64,000 nt of DNA from Eledone cirrhosa (Eukaryota), in the NCBI GenBank assembly GCA_964016885.1, contig OZ024744.1, positions 58,094,001-58,158,000 of the forward strand, written 5' to 3'. The position numbers were made by a program, and so were the translations under genes. The first letter of the stretch is position 1; each line of letters begins with the position of its first letter. Below the pieces are notes generated by a model. That model saw only the letters and a list, made by a program, of their open reading frames with translations, did no database searches and was not told where the DNA came from. This document shows positions 13,196 to 25,165 of this stretch, piece after piece.

Positions 13196-13778
13196 TCTTA
13201 GCACATGTCAATAACATCTGTTACTGTGGGAGATAAAAAAAGTTGATGTCGCAGGGCTATAACACTTTGAGGGAGTGTGGAATGGAATGGATTTTTGGTG
13301 GTTTCAACAAGTATTCCACTTGTTTGATGAACAGAAGAGCCTGCTCATGAAATTAATGTGTAATGGTCAATCATTTTACAGTCACATGTACCTTTCACAT
13401 AATTATAAAGGATACTCAGAGTGTGACAATGGAGTTGAGTGTTCAGGTAATGACTGATATTATATTATTTATGTACAATGGAGGTCACCAGTTACAAGGT
13501 TTTGAAAGGGCAGATTACTAAGAATGCATGCAGTCTAGTGGTTAGAGTGCTCAGCTCAATTGCTAAACTGGATAGCATGTTGTGTTCTGAAGCAACACAC
13601 ATTATTTCATGTTGCTCCAATCTACTCAGAGATGAAAATAAGTAGCAGCAGCAGTAGCTGAGAGTTATCCCTGTGGTGGACTACTGTCCTGTCAAGGGAA
13701 AACATCTTATATTCTCAGCTGTTTAACACCAATGAAACCATAAGCTCTGGTCTGATGAACCTCCAGGACAAACAGGCT

Positions 13779-13974
13779 TTAACCCTTTAGTATTTAAACC
13801 AGCCATACCCAGTCACAATTCCCTCATCTCTTTCTGTTCAAACCATCCGCTCATACTGATGCTGAGGTATTGTTCTCAAAATAAATAATATCAAAATCTC
13901 ATAGATTCAATATTATGCGAGATAATTATGAGATAAAGTGATTATAGTAAATATAGAGTAATGTAAAGGGTTAA
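13779..13974 (+). mobile_element. piggyBac-type MITE
   Basis: TTAA-CCCTTT..AAAGGG-TTAA ends. Confidence 0.8.
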
Positions 13975-14819
13975 CTTTTTAAATGTAAGAAGAAATTTTA
14001 TGATGTGTTTCTGTTTGTTGGTGTATGAATGCAGCAAATCAGGACAATTATTAGATCATCAGATAGAATATCTTGTGTTATTTATTCTGGCTCATTACAC
14101 TCTGAGTTCAAAACCTGCTGGGTGTCAACTTTGCCTTTCATCCTTTCAAAGTCAATAAACTAATAAAGTACCAGTCCCATGATGGTGGAGGAGATTGAGA
14201 TAAGAGTGTAACAAGAGTGTCATTGTAAGGGCAATGGCAGCTAATTGCTGAGAAAGCCATCACTCCAGGAGGGAAGCAGAGCAAGTAAGAACAGGTGACG
14301 AGTTGTGGAGGCAACCTGAGAAGGTTATTACTCAGGAAGAGAAGGGAAGACAGTCAGAGCAGGTACTGAATTATGGAGGTGGCCTTCAAGATACAAACTG
14401 ATTTGCAGTTAACTCTGGAACAGGCCTAAGCAGGCCCATAAGGTAAGTACAGGCAGGACACAGATAGTCATCTTTGTGTGGGCAGCATTGTAATTAGATG
14501 GCAAAAATGTGAAAAGAGGCAAGTCCAAGAAGGTGAACATTTGATAACACCTGCCCCATGTGAGCTTTTGCTGCTTAGTGCTGCTATGCATCTGCTATAT
14601 ACAAAGGCTTTATTAGCCTACTTGAGATCCTGCGACAAATTCAGCTATGAGGTCTAGGTCATATACATATAGGAGTTGCCATATGTATTCAGTCTTAAAC
14701 TCCTGTTATGAACTGGAAGGCTATAATAAAAAGGAGAGGGATGAAGATTGAGCCTCAGGGGAACCCCCACATACATGCTAAATTAACTCAAATTTTACTG
14801 ATTGCACCTTTGAACATGG

Positions 14820-15500
14820 CATGTATGTCCATCACAAGATATAGTTTCCAAAGAGCTCACCAGGTTATGTAGCAGGGTACCTTGCCGAAAGCTTTCTCCA
14901 AGTCAATGTATTCTAAATAGAGGCTTATTCTTAGTTAAGTACTTCTCTTGCAGTTGTCATGCAAGGAAGATGGCAACAGTAGTACCTCTTCTTGGCATAA
15001 AGCTAAACAGCAACTCCTCCAGGTTAATGTTATTCCTAATCACTTGTGCTTTAACTTTCAGATAGACCAGGTTATGAAAATAATCTGGTCTATCAACTTG
15101 ATACCTCTATAGTTTCTTTTATCTAGCAGGTTGCCTTTTCCCTTGTAACCATTGACAATGATGCTGCTATGCCAGTCATTGGATGTGACACCATCCTGTA
15201 TTACTTGATTAACTATGTGCATGACTAGCAGGTAGCACACCATACCAGATATTTTCAGCAGCTCCACAGTTCCCCCGATAATCTAGCTGCCTTGTCTGTC
15301 TTCATGTCCTTAATTGCTTTACCTACCACACTGCTGTTAACTTGGATGGCCATTCCCTCTGTTGCGTCTTCTTAAGGTAGATGCTCCTTCACCAATGCAT
15401 TTTCTTCATTCATCAGTCCCTGATAATGGCACTTCTGCCTCTTGTACACAACACACATTCACTCACTTTTTGTTCCAGCATCTCTACAATCTCACATGAC
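14820..15500 (-). mobile_element. Degraded RTE LINE RT fragment
   Basis: ORF 15058-15267 DWHSSIIVNGYKGKGNLLDKRNYRGIKLIDQ, plus a DLEKAF remnant near 14900. Confidence 0.85.
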
Positions 15501-15769
15501 CTACCTTCCATTGTGAAAACGTTAATGATGGCAGCCACCCTGAAGTTTTGGAACACAGGAGGAGGAAGAGGAAACATTTTGGTCAGTGAGTGGTTCGGTG
15601 CTTCATATTTGATTCCTGCATCTGAAATAGAGAAGATTTACGCATCCTTCCAGTCCTGTTTTATGGGTTCACACTCATTGGTCACAAATGACCATAGACT
15701 TTACATCTAGAAAATTCCTTTGCTAGGCACAAGCCCAAGCAATATGCTTTGTGGAAGACCAACTTCTGC

Positions 15770-17070
15770 CTGTAATCAGGATAGCTTGCACGTCAGTCAA
15801 AGATGACTTAAGCGAGATGTTAAGCTCTGTCCAGTGGGAATCAGGTGAGGATATGAAGTCACAGCTCATGTGATCAGACATTTCATAGAGCATGCGCCTC
15901 CTTCATCATCCCATTTCCCTGTGAAGTTGGACATGACAAATGCCTTCAAACTGCATGGGAGTGATAAGGTGCATCGTGCAACATGAACAAGAATTTGAGG
16001 AGGGCGAAGCAGTTCCTCAAGAAGAAGAGCGCCAGGTGAGCGTCAATGAGGTGCAGCCTTTCTGCTATTCAGGGCAGGTATGTGTGCTTGATCTCTAGGC
16101 ACTCTCTTGTGGCTTTCAAGAGAGTTGGAGAGCCAAGAATGAAGGTAGCGCCTTTAGGCGTTAACCAAGCACCGTACAAGATGTGATGGGTGCTGAGTAC
16201 AGTGTTGTGGAATTCAGCCTCTCTGTAGCTAACGATTATCACCTCAGACTTGGATGGGTTGATCTCAAGTCCGAGAAGCTTTAAAGTTGGGATGATAAAC
16301 CAAAAGTCCTCAACTACAGTCTCAGCCAAGCCATTCAGGGTCACATCATCCAGATACTAAATGTTAAAAGGCAACAAGACTGAGCAGGTAAAGTTGTTGA
16401 CTGCCAGTGTAAAGAAATGCGGCCCGAGGGGGCCTCCTTATTAGACACCCATAGTGGAAGTAACCCTGTTGTCAGCGGCCCTCATTAAGCTGGGTCTTCC
16501 ATATGAGAGATGAGCAAAGGTTTAAATGGAGGAGGCTCGGCAGGTCTTCCTACAGGGGAATCAAGTCTGGCTTGAACCAACACTGCCTCCGATCCGCTTC
16601 ACAGCCAAACAGTGGTGCTTGGCTCAATTTGGTGCCCTTCTCATCAACCGGTACTCTTCTTGATGACAAGTACAATCGTAGGAGAGTGGCCCAATGCCTT
16701 GGCCTGTGCATGTGCGATTCACATAAATGCCATTGTGGAGCTGTCATTGACAAGTTTGGCCTGCACCTACTGTCATACCACCAGAGCGCAGGCCGGTTCC
16801 CCCCGACATGCTGTTCTCAACAACATATTGAGGAGCCTGATCGCAGCTGGCTTCCCATTACAACTGGAGCCAGCAGGCCTCGAGCGCAAGCACCCCAACG
16901 AAATTACGCTCTTTCCAGGAGGTATATCCCCATATAGGATGCCACATGTTGTGACATGTTCTCAGTCTCCAACTTAGTCACTTCGGCCACAAACTGCAGC
17001 CCACAATGCGGAAAGGAAGACAAACAAATATTGGGGATTGTTCAGTCGCTTCCTCTTCACGACGCCTGAG
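15770..17070 (+). mobile_element. Degraded CRE-type REL retrotransposon with an internal inversion (about 15985-16500)
   Basis: Plus strand: AHVIRHF..VKLDMTNAF. Minus strand: GPLGPHFF..YLDDVTLNG..LGLEINPSKSE..ILGSP..IDAHLALFFLRN. Plus strand again: SQPNSGAWLN..CHCG..RHAVLNNIL..LEPAGL. Homologous to 34400-36100. Confidence 0.82.
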
Positions 17071-17488
17071 GTCTCGACGCCGACCAGTGCGAAGAGGAAG
17101 CAACTGAACAATCCCCGATATTTGATGGAGACTAATATTCTTTTTAGAATAACCGAATGATTGCTTGCAATCACATATATATTACTGATGATTTCATACG
17201 AATGAAACAGATATAGTCCTGTAGAAGTGACTTCTATATATAATAAAGATGCCTATACTTACAGAATGTTTATGAGTTGTACACTTGTTCAGTATTGGAT
17301 GTCATTCACTGTGATCCATACACTGTCCAATCTATCCCTCTTTTTGTTCGATTGTCAATACTTTCGGTTCACCGACATGCTAATAGCAATGAACTTCATT
17401 GCCTAGTTTGTTTCTTTTTTTCTTTTTAGTAATGTTTGGTATTCCTTCTTAAGTTTCCACAGTTTTTTTCCCTTCTTTTATTTAAACA

Positions 17489-18606
17489 CTAGCAGTGGTA
17501 CCCGGCGGGCCGCCAACAGACCTAATCGTAGAAAAGCTGTATGCCAGGACAATATGTAAAGAAAATAAACCGAATACTCTGATGGCTGGATAATCTTTAA
17601 GATTTTCCTCGATGGAGCAGGAAAAATGCAGGTCTTCACCTAATGCGGGCCCTAGGGGATCAAGAAAATGAATTTTTTTATGTGCATAATATGCTTTGAA
17701 ATTTCGGGAAAATCGGCTAGACGTAATGCCTCCAAAAAGCTGAAAAATGAAGATTTTCACCTAATGCGGGCCGTAGGCCATAAAAAAAAGTTGGATTTTC
17801 TTTGCTCACGGTATGAGGAAGAGACTGACTAATACATAGTTACAATTTCAAGGAAATCGGTCTGACGTAACGCCTAAAAAAAACATAAAAAGCTTAAAAC
17901 ACGCAGTTTTTCACCTAATGTGGGCCCTAGGAGATCAAAATGTTGAATGTTTGTATGTGCATAACACTCCCTGAAACATAAGTAATACACATGTAAAGTT
18001 TGAAAAACATCGGTTGGGTACTTCTCGAGTTTTAGGGATTCAAACTCAGACACACACACACAGGCAGACATCCTCAGGGAAGTGACGTAATGCAGACAGC
18101 CAAACATACAGACAGATAGTATAAGGGTGCGACGTTATATGTATGTATCTATCTAAAAAGAGAAAGACTAAGAATTATAGAGAGAGTTATATATATATAT
18201 TACACACACAGAAATGTATATATATTTCTGTGTGTATATATATATATATATTTCTGTGTGTGTATATATATATATATATATTACACACACACAGAAATGT
18301 ATATATGTTTCTGTAGCACTCCTCAATTCTTCTTTCTCTCCCTCCCGCTATCCACCTCTTGTAGTCTGTCTCTTGCTTTCACTCACTCTCTCTCTCTACG
18401 CGTGCGCAAAAAACATTCGCACGCGCGCACGTGTTTTAGCGTCTATTCACTCTCCCTCTCTCTCTCCCGCTATCTCCCTCTCGTAGTCTGTCTCTTTCTT
18501 TCACTCTCACTCTCTCTCTACGCGTGCGCAAAAAACATTCGCACGCGCGCACGTGTTTCCACTGTCGGACAGACAGAGAAATTGCTGGTTATATATTATA
18601 AGGAGA
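17489..18606 (-). mobile_element. Non-autonomous Helitron
   Basis: Minus strand begins A|TCTCCTTATAATATA and ends CTAG|T. A GC palindrome (ggcgggccgcc) lies just inside the 3' end. No TSD. Internal direct repeat of about 120 bp at 18330-18560. Confidence 0.7.
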
Positions 18607-19289
18607 TTGCCTTTCTCCCTTCCCTTCCCCTAAACATTTTCCTTACTTTCGTTATTTAATTTTTTTCCCTTTCTTTTTCTTTTTGCTATTGCAAACATGT
18701 TAACGGTTATGCCTTAATAAAAATCAACATATTCACTCTTGCCTGAGCCCATGTTGAATCAGAGGTAACGCTGCGAGCGTTAAATTATTAGAGATTTTCC
18801 AGTGTTCCTCGGGATATTGTTATCTTTTGCTCTGCCAGCGGTTCGTTTGTCCACCCCTTTCGCCTACCTTTTGTTGTATGTGGTCCTAGATGTCTGTATT
18901 ACCACCTGTTTGTTTTTTTCTTTTCCCCTTTTTTTTTCTATTTTTGATGGTTATACCTTAATAAAATTTACATAATCATTGCAAATAAGCAAGAAATAGA
19001 GAGTGGGGTAAAGACTATTCATTTACTATTTAATGTTGTTATTAAGCAAGTAATATTTCATGATATAATACTGGTTATAAGCAGTATTTATTTCTTTACT
19101 ATATTCCAAAGATTAAATTTTATTTTATTACAGTTGTATACAGTAGAATAACGTAAATGTTTTAAATATATACATAAATAACATAAATGCGTAAATAACA
19201 TTATAAATAACACTATACTGTTCGTGCGGTATTTTACTATTTTAAAGTGAAGTTGATGTGTAAGAAGAAGAATAAAGAGCAGCCATGTC

Positions 19290-19552
19290 AGATAAGAGGA
19301 AATTGGTGAACTAAAGTGTTCAAGTCGTTAAAAAAAATCACACAGAAATGGTAATTGGACTCATGTTTATATAGCTATCAATTTGCCTCTGTTGACTGTA
19401 TCCAAGATCGTAAAGAATGCAGAAAAAATATACCACAGTCCATACAGCAAACTACCATAAGTCAATTATTCTCGTGGTAACTTTGGTGAATATCGTGAGG
19501 ATCTTATCTGCAATGTAGATGAAACAAGCTTACATTGGAAGATAACTATCGC
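19290..19552 (+). mobile_element. pogo/Tigger transposase remnant
   Basis: YREDLICNVDETSLHWK at about 19490-19540 matches the pogo first-Asp motif NxDETxLxWK. Confidence 0.6.
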
Positions 19553-19554
19553 CA

Positions 19555-19925
19555 TTGAAGTTCTGGAGCCGGCTTGATTATCCAAAATTAATGGGAAGGG
19601 ACCATATCATCTTACCCTTTGACTTTGGGTATGAGGCAGATGTCTCAGTCGGTGACTCTTTTGGTCCCTTCCACATAATGGATGCCACGGTAAATGGGAG
19701 GATCATTGCTTCCGTTGCCGAACAAAATAAAATCCTAAAATACTGGAAACTATTAAATAACTATTTTTATTCCATTTTCCAGCCTGTGGTGTTCAAGACG
19801 TTTAGTGAAACTGGGCTGCTGACAGCGAAGGTTTTTCATCGTTGGCGGCACGTATTACTGAGGTATCAAGTGATGCTCGTGAGGGTGCCTGGTTGTTTCA
19901 ACGCCTTAGCCTCGCCATCATCTGG
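19555..19925 (+). mobile_element. 3' fragment of a CRE-type retrotransposon (REL domain)
   Basis: FQPVVFKTF..EGAWLFQRLSLAI. Closely similar to the minus-strand copy at 26180-26750. Confidence 0.75.
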
Positions 19926-20605
19926 ACGATTTTGAAGAATTTGGGTCGGCTGAGAATGTTGCAGTCATACAAGGTTTCAAAGTTGGCAGATGCTGCTGCA
20001 TGACCATGGAAGGGGTCGGTTCGGAGGAGACTGCCAGTTAGAGCACTACTTGACAGAAGCATACGTACTCGGCTTCAGCAACATGTGATACATAGAAAGG
20101 ATCTTAGAGCAGCAATCACATCCTGTTTGGGGGCGGACAAGGCAATATTATTGACAGGAACTTCTAAGTCTGAAAAAAAAAACGTGCGTGGGTGTGTCTG
20201 GATGTTTCGGATGTGTTCTGACGGAGAGTGGTTAGGATCTCCAGTATAGGCCGGAGGGCTCTAGTTCGAAGCTACTGCGACAAAAACATCAACTAATGTA
20301 TGTCAATTTTTGTTTCACTCTTCAGTAAAGCATTGGAACAATAAGAACAAACACTCACCCGGCGTTTCCACTCTGTTTTGGCCTATTGGAGTAAATATGA
20401 AAGAGAAAGTCTCAGATTAAGTTGACAGAAGGTTCCAGTGTCATAGCAGTAAGGCGTAGGCTACTTTTCTCTCTATCCCTCTCCGTGCAGTCCCTTGCCT
20501 GGTGTAGATTTGTACCCGATCCATCTGCCCGATGCACATTTAGTGAGCTAGTCCCAGGGTTACTTACTCCAGTAAGTACCACCGGATCCCAACTACTAAA
20601 TCTAA

Positions 20606-22363
20606 TAGAAACATGAGATAGGAGAGTTTTTATACATCATCATGCCGTATGAGAATTATCTCTCACTACAAAAATAATGATAGAAGTGACAAATTTCTCA
20701 AATGAATATCAAAATTAACTTGCATTTTTAATGTGGTCCATGTTACAAATGTGGTAAACAAATATCCTCGTGTCACAACGAGGTACAATCCTGAACCATG
20801 AGAGGTGGTTAGAAAAATTAGCATGCTTGCGCTCGGTGTAATCAGTTTTGAAAAAACCGCCAGAAAGAGAGAGAGAGATTTGAATTCCCTCTTTTATAAT
20901 CCCTTGGCCGGAAGTTACAACGATGGTTCTAGAATTTCAACGGGAAGTAACTCTAGCTACTTCCCTTGTCTGGAGAGCGCTACAAGACTCCCCTCTCAGA
21001 CGAGAAGTCGAATAACCAATCGAAGGTCATTGTAGCGGGAACCCGTAAGAGATGATGAGCAAAGCAAAATGTACAAGAAATTAATGAATAAAAACATGAG
21101 CAAGCAAATAGCAAAAGGAGCAAGGTACAAAATAAGCATGCAAAAATGTGATAGGAACAAATTATTGAAAAATAATTGTTTCTACTTTTGGCACAAGGCC
21201 AGCAATTACCCAGTGCATTACTGGTACTTTATTTTATCGACCCCGTAATGATGAAAGGCAAAGTCAACCTCGGATCATTAAGGGACGTAACTATGCTGAA
21301 AAGTATGGCGTCCGACCCCCTACCGATACTGCCAATCAACCGCCAAATTATTGAAAAATAATAAAGTTCAAACAGTGTTCACAGGAACGTTGCACAATTG
21401 CAGCAGGGAAACTAGGAAAAAGTGTATGTCCAAAAAGAATTTGAGAGCAGGTTGTTTCTGTACTGTGGAAAACGTGAAATTCCCGACCTTTGGAATGGTG
21501 AAAATTTCGCACAGGAAGATGACTTCAGAAAATGTGTTGCGCAAAGTGTCAGATATAACAGCCAAAATTGATGGTCAGTGTTGCGGTTGAAATTGATCTG
21601 TTTAAATCAAGATGAAATTGCGACCATTGAAACGAGCATGCACAGTAACTAACGCCAATTTACGATATTGTAGTGTCGCAAAACTTTTTTACCGGCAAAT
21701 ATAAAAAATAGCTTGGGCTGATGAAGTCCTTGAAAAGAAATAGCAAAACGTGTGTATCCCTTTAAGTCGATGTGTCTGCATATTCCTTATTTTGTTCTTC
21801 CGGGTTGCAAATTGTTGTTTTGCTGCAGCGAAAGAAGAGTTTGTGTTTTTTTCCATGTGTGTTCGCATCACCAGAATATGTTGGTAACGAAGAATTGCTC
21901 ATGATGAACACAGTAGCCGCTGAGCGAAATTTGTTTCAACTGCCGCACACGTGGTTGTACCATGAATAGCTGAAGTAAGATGTAGCACCGAGAAAGTAAG
22001 ATGGCGACTTTAAAACGAAAGCTTGGTTGAAGACGACGACACGAGGGACAAAAATTTTTTTGCTTTCTATTTTTTTTCTTTTCGTATTCGGAGGTAACCA
22101 TTTTTTAGTTGGTGTCTTTACGTCGGGTCACCATTTTTGGTGAGCTAGTAAGAAACATGAGATAGGAGAGTTTTATACAACACCATGCCGTGTGAGAATT
22201 ATCTCACTACAAAAGTAATGATTGAAGAAGTGACAAATTTCTCAAATGAATATCAAAATTAACTTGCATTTTTAATATTCCCTTGACCGGAAGTTACAAG
22301 GAAGGTTCTAGAATTTCAACGGGAAGTAACTCTAGCTACTTCCCTTGTCTAGAGAGCGCTACA
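20606..22363 (+). repeat. Local direct duplication: 20606-20732 plus 20900-20983 reappears at 22152-22363
   Basis: Near-identical agaaacatgagataggagag..aacttgcatttttaat and ccggaagttacaa..gagagcgctaca. About 165 bp between the two blocks is absent from the second copy. Confidence 0.9.
21174..21340 (-). mobile_element. tRNA-derived SINE
   Basis: ttggcacaaggccagcaatt..ctggtactttattttatcgacccc..taccgatactgccaa. Confidence 0.8.
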
Positions 22364-24338
22364 CACATATCCGCTTTGTACGGCTTTTGGAGGAAGGAGT
22401 GACCAGCAGTACGATAAAAATAAAGTACCAGTAATGAACTGGGTAATTGCTGGCCTTGTGCCAAAAGTAGAAACAATTATTACGAAAAGGTGTAGCAGAG
22501 AATCCCGCGTGAACTAACAGCTCGGGAGGAAACTGCTTACCTCGAAGATTCATTCGCCATCGTTCTTGTCAACGCTCCGTTTAGTTGGTATTTGTTGGTC
22601 TACAGTTAGATGAATGGCGCACAAAGGGTTAATGTTTATTGACAAGAAGTTTTTTTATTAATAAAAGACGGGTTAAAGCGACCTACAATGTATCATTCTG
22701 CGTTGATGTTAGCGGTTTTCGTTGTCAATGGGTTTTTTGGACGGCAAATTCGAGACCCTTCTGTTTCTCTCTTAATAAACTGACTACTATGAAGACCATT
22801 CCATGTTGGCCTGCGGATGGAAATGCAGAACGCAAAGGTGAAAGTTCAGTAGTAATGCGAGTCCTATGTAGCAGCAGTATCATTGACATTGCTTACAACG
22901 TGTGCTTTCACCCTTAACAGGATCTTCTGAAACCAAAAAAATCAATATGTGAACGCGAAGTAAATATTTCGAAAAACGTTGCAACCGAAGGAAAACAGGA
23001 AGACGATACTTTGGTTCGTAAAGACGTTCCCTGGCAATGAACAGAAAATAGCGAAGAAAATACGTCATCAATGAAAACCATGTTTGTCATAATGTCGTAA
23101 TGCAGACATACACATAATATAGGGGCGCGACCTTATAGCTATGTATCTATCTAAAAAGACAGACTAATAGAGAGAGATAACCGGCGCCAAACACGCCTTT
23201 AACAACAGAAAATTGAAAAATAAAAGCTGCAGTTAATATCTTTAGACCGCAAGGAATATATAAATGCAAGTTTGAAGTCAATGTGGATTTGTATAGACTT
23301 TGCAAAACTTAAAATACACAGACAATTTAAATTTTATATATATATATGTATATATATACATATATATTATAACACGAAGAGCAAATATCTAATAAAAGTT
23401 TATGTAAACAATTTCTGCTTTCACCTTTATACAGGTCTTCTGAAACTCAGATCCTGTATAAGGGTGAAAGTAGAACTTTTAATCTGTGCTGTTAATAATA
23501 ATAATACATGCACGCATATATACACACATACATACTTATATACGATTGCATTCATGCATACATTCATTCATGCATGCATGCACATACATACATAATTATA
23601 AATATGTCTCATCCTTATGGTTGTGGCTCTGGGGCCTCAACGCAACCTTCACACTTCACATTTTAAACCATTTCTTGTCTTCAGGCACTCTTCGGGATGA
23701 ATAGGGTTGATGAACCCTGAGTTCTCTTCCAACAGGATTCCTTATAGTTTTCGTATTTACAAGACATTGGTCGAACCGGTACTACAGTAGAAGACACGCC
23801 CGGAGTGCCATGCCAAAGAATGAGACAGAACTGTAGGACAAAAAAATGAGGCGCTCCCTTTTTTCACCATAATCTGTCCGACCATCGCTGGTCTGGGACT
23901 AAATATTAACTACAGTAACAACAATTAAAAAAGACGAGAAACATAAAATATATGTATTTGTTTTTTGCGAAAAGTGAATTGAAAATTAGACGGCTGTATA
24001 TATTTTTACTCGACGAAATTTTTTTTTTTTTGTTTCGTCACAGTAATAATAGTTTTTGCAGGATTTGAACAATGATTATCACAACAGTGACAAACAAGGA
24101 TTGCAGCTGCAGCTATAGAATACTGGTCTCCTGTGGATATGGAGCTCTTGGCGGAAAGTTCTGTCAATAATTTATGTTTTGCTGGACTTGTTCGAATGGC
24201 AAGTTACAGGACATTTGGGTAGAGGCACAATCAGGTTCAATGTGGTTGGTTCACCTTTCTCTAAATTAGTTGTGGTAGGAAACAAAATCAATCCATTCTT
24301 CGGTTCTTCTGTGTCGCTAGCACAAGCCTATTCTGTTG

Positions 24339-24758
24339 CTAGCACATATGTGCTAACATACATTCCATCTTGTTTTGTTCTGAAGCTAGCATTGCCTGTT
24401 CTGCAGCTAGCGCAGCCTGAGTCGATTGGTGTCGGCCCACTGTGTATTTACAAGGCGTGTAAACATGGTGTCCGGGGCAGAGGCAATGACCGTGGCAAAG
24501 ACCTTGAACGTGAATATAACAAGGTGGAGGAGGTGGAGGTGGGCAGTGACAATGACAATGACTGTGGCAGTGACTGTGACAGTGGTTGTGACAGTGACCG
24601 TGGCAGTGACCATGTCCGTGGCAATGTCCGTGACATCCGTGACATCCGTGTCCGTGACATCCGTGTCCATGGCAATGCGCATGTCCATGGCAGTGATGAT
24701 GGCATGGTGCATGTGTATGCATAATAATGGAATCGGTTACAGAATCACAACAACTCAT
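24339..24758 (-). CDS. Putative His/Cys-rich (C-H-G/S-H repeat) protein, 139 aa, single coding exon; possibly metal-binding or structural
   Basis: Uninterrupted ORF. The repeat varies at third codon positions (TGC/TGT, CAT/CAC, GGA/GGT) while keeping C, H and G in this frame. ATG lies in GAAAC-ATG-A context. Non-repetitive N- and C-termini, and no recognisable TE motif. Confidence 0.7.
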   Translation of the reverse strand: MSCCDSVTDSIIMHTHAPCHHHCHGHAHCHGHGCHGHGCHGCHGHCHGHGHCHGHCHNHCHSHCHSHCHCHCPPPPPPPCYIHVQGLCHGHCLCPGHHVYTPCKYTVGRHQSTQAALAAEQAMLASEQNKMECMLAHMC

Positions 24759-24944
24759 GTTTCTGCTAATTCACACAAAATGTCCAAATAGATAAGATGT
24801 ATTTTCTTTCTCCTGCGAGTAGACGAAAACTATTTGTTTTTTGGAAAACTAGACTTTGGTTTACAATCTCCTTTCAGATTGCGAAAGCCTTAACAAAAAC
24901 CTTAACAAACAGTTACGTCTAATAGCCTGATGGTAAATGAAGAG

Positions 24945-25040
24945 ACGATGACGTTTGATGGATGTGTTTCCACGTCAATCGACTTTCTAGTTGATGTTAA
25001 AATGTTCAAACTTTCCAAGGCGGACCATTATGATGTCATA
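24945..25040 (-). promoter_or_regulatory. Cluster of CRE/ATF-like motifs upstream of the His/Cys ORF
   Basis: TGACGT at 24949-24954, CCACGTCA (TGACGTGG on minus) at 24970-24977 and TGATGTCA at 25031-25038, about 190-280 bp upstream of the ATG. Confidence 0.35.
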
Positions 25041-25110
25041 AAACGTATGATACGTGTGTGCGTGTGTCTGTGTATGTATCTATGTGTGTGTGTATGTGTG
25101 TAATGTATGC

Positions 25111-25165
<55 letters not shown>

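Noticed and set aside
24018-24031. Poly(A) remnant implying the His/Cys gene is a retrocopy
   Set aside because: No canonical AATAAA upstream and no TSD; such runs are frequent in this window.
24179-24724. 181-aa plus-strand ORF and the other overlapping frames at the His/Cys locus
   Set aside because: The long plus-strand ORF starts at a non-ATG codon. Variation in the repeat is synonymous in the minus-strand C/H/G frame, so the other frames are probably shadows. Not fully excluded without strand-specific RNA data.
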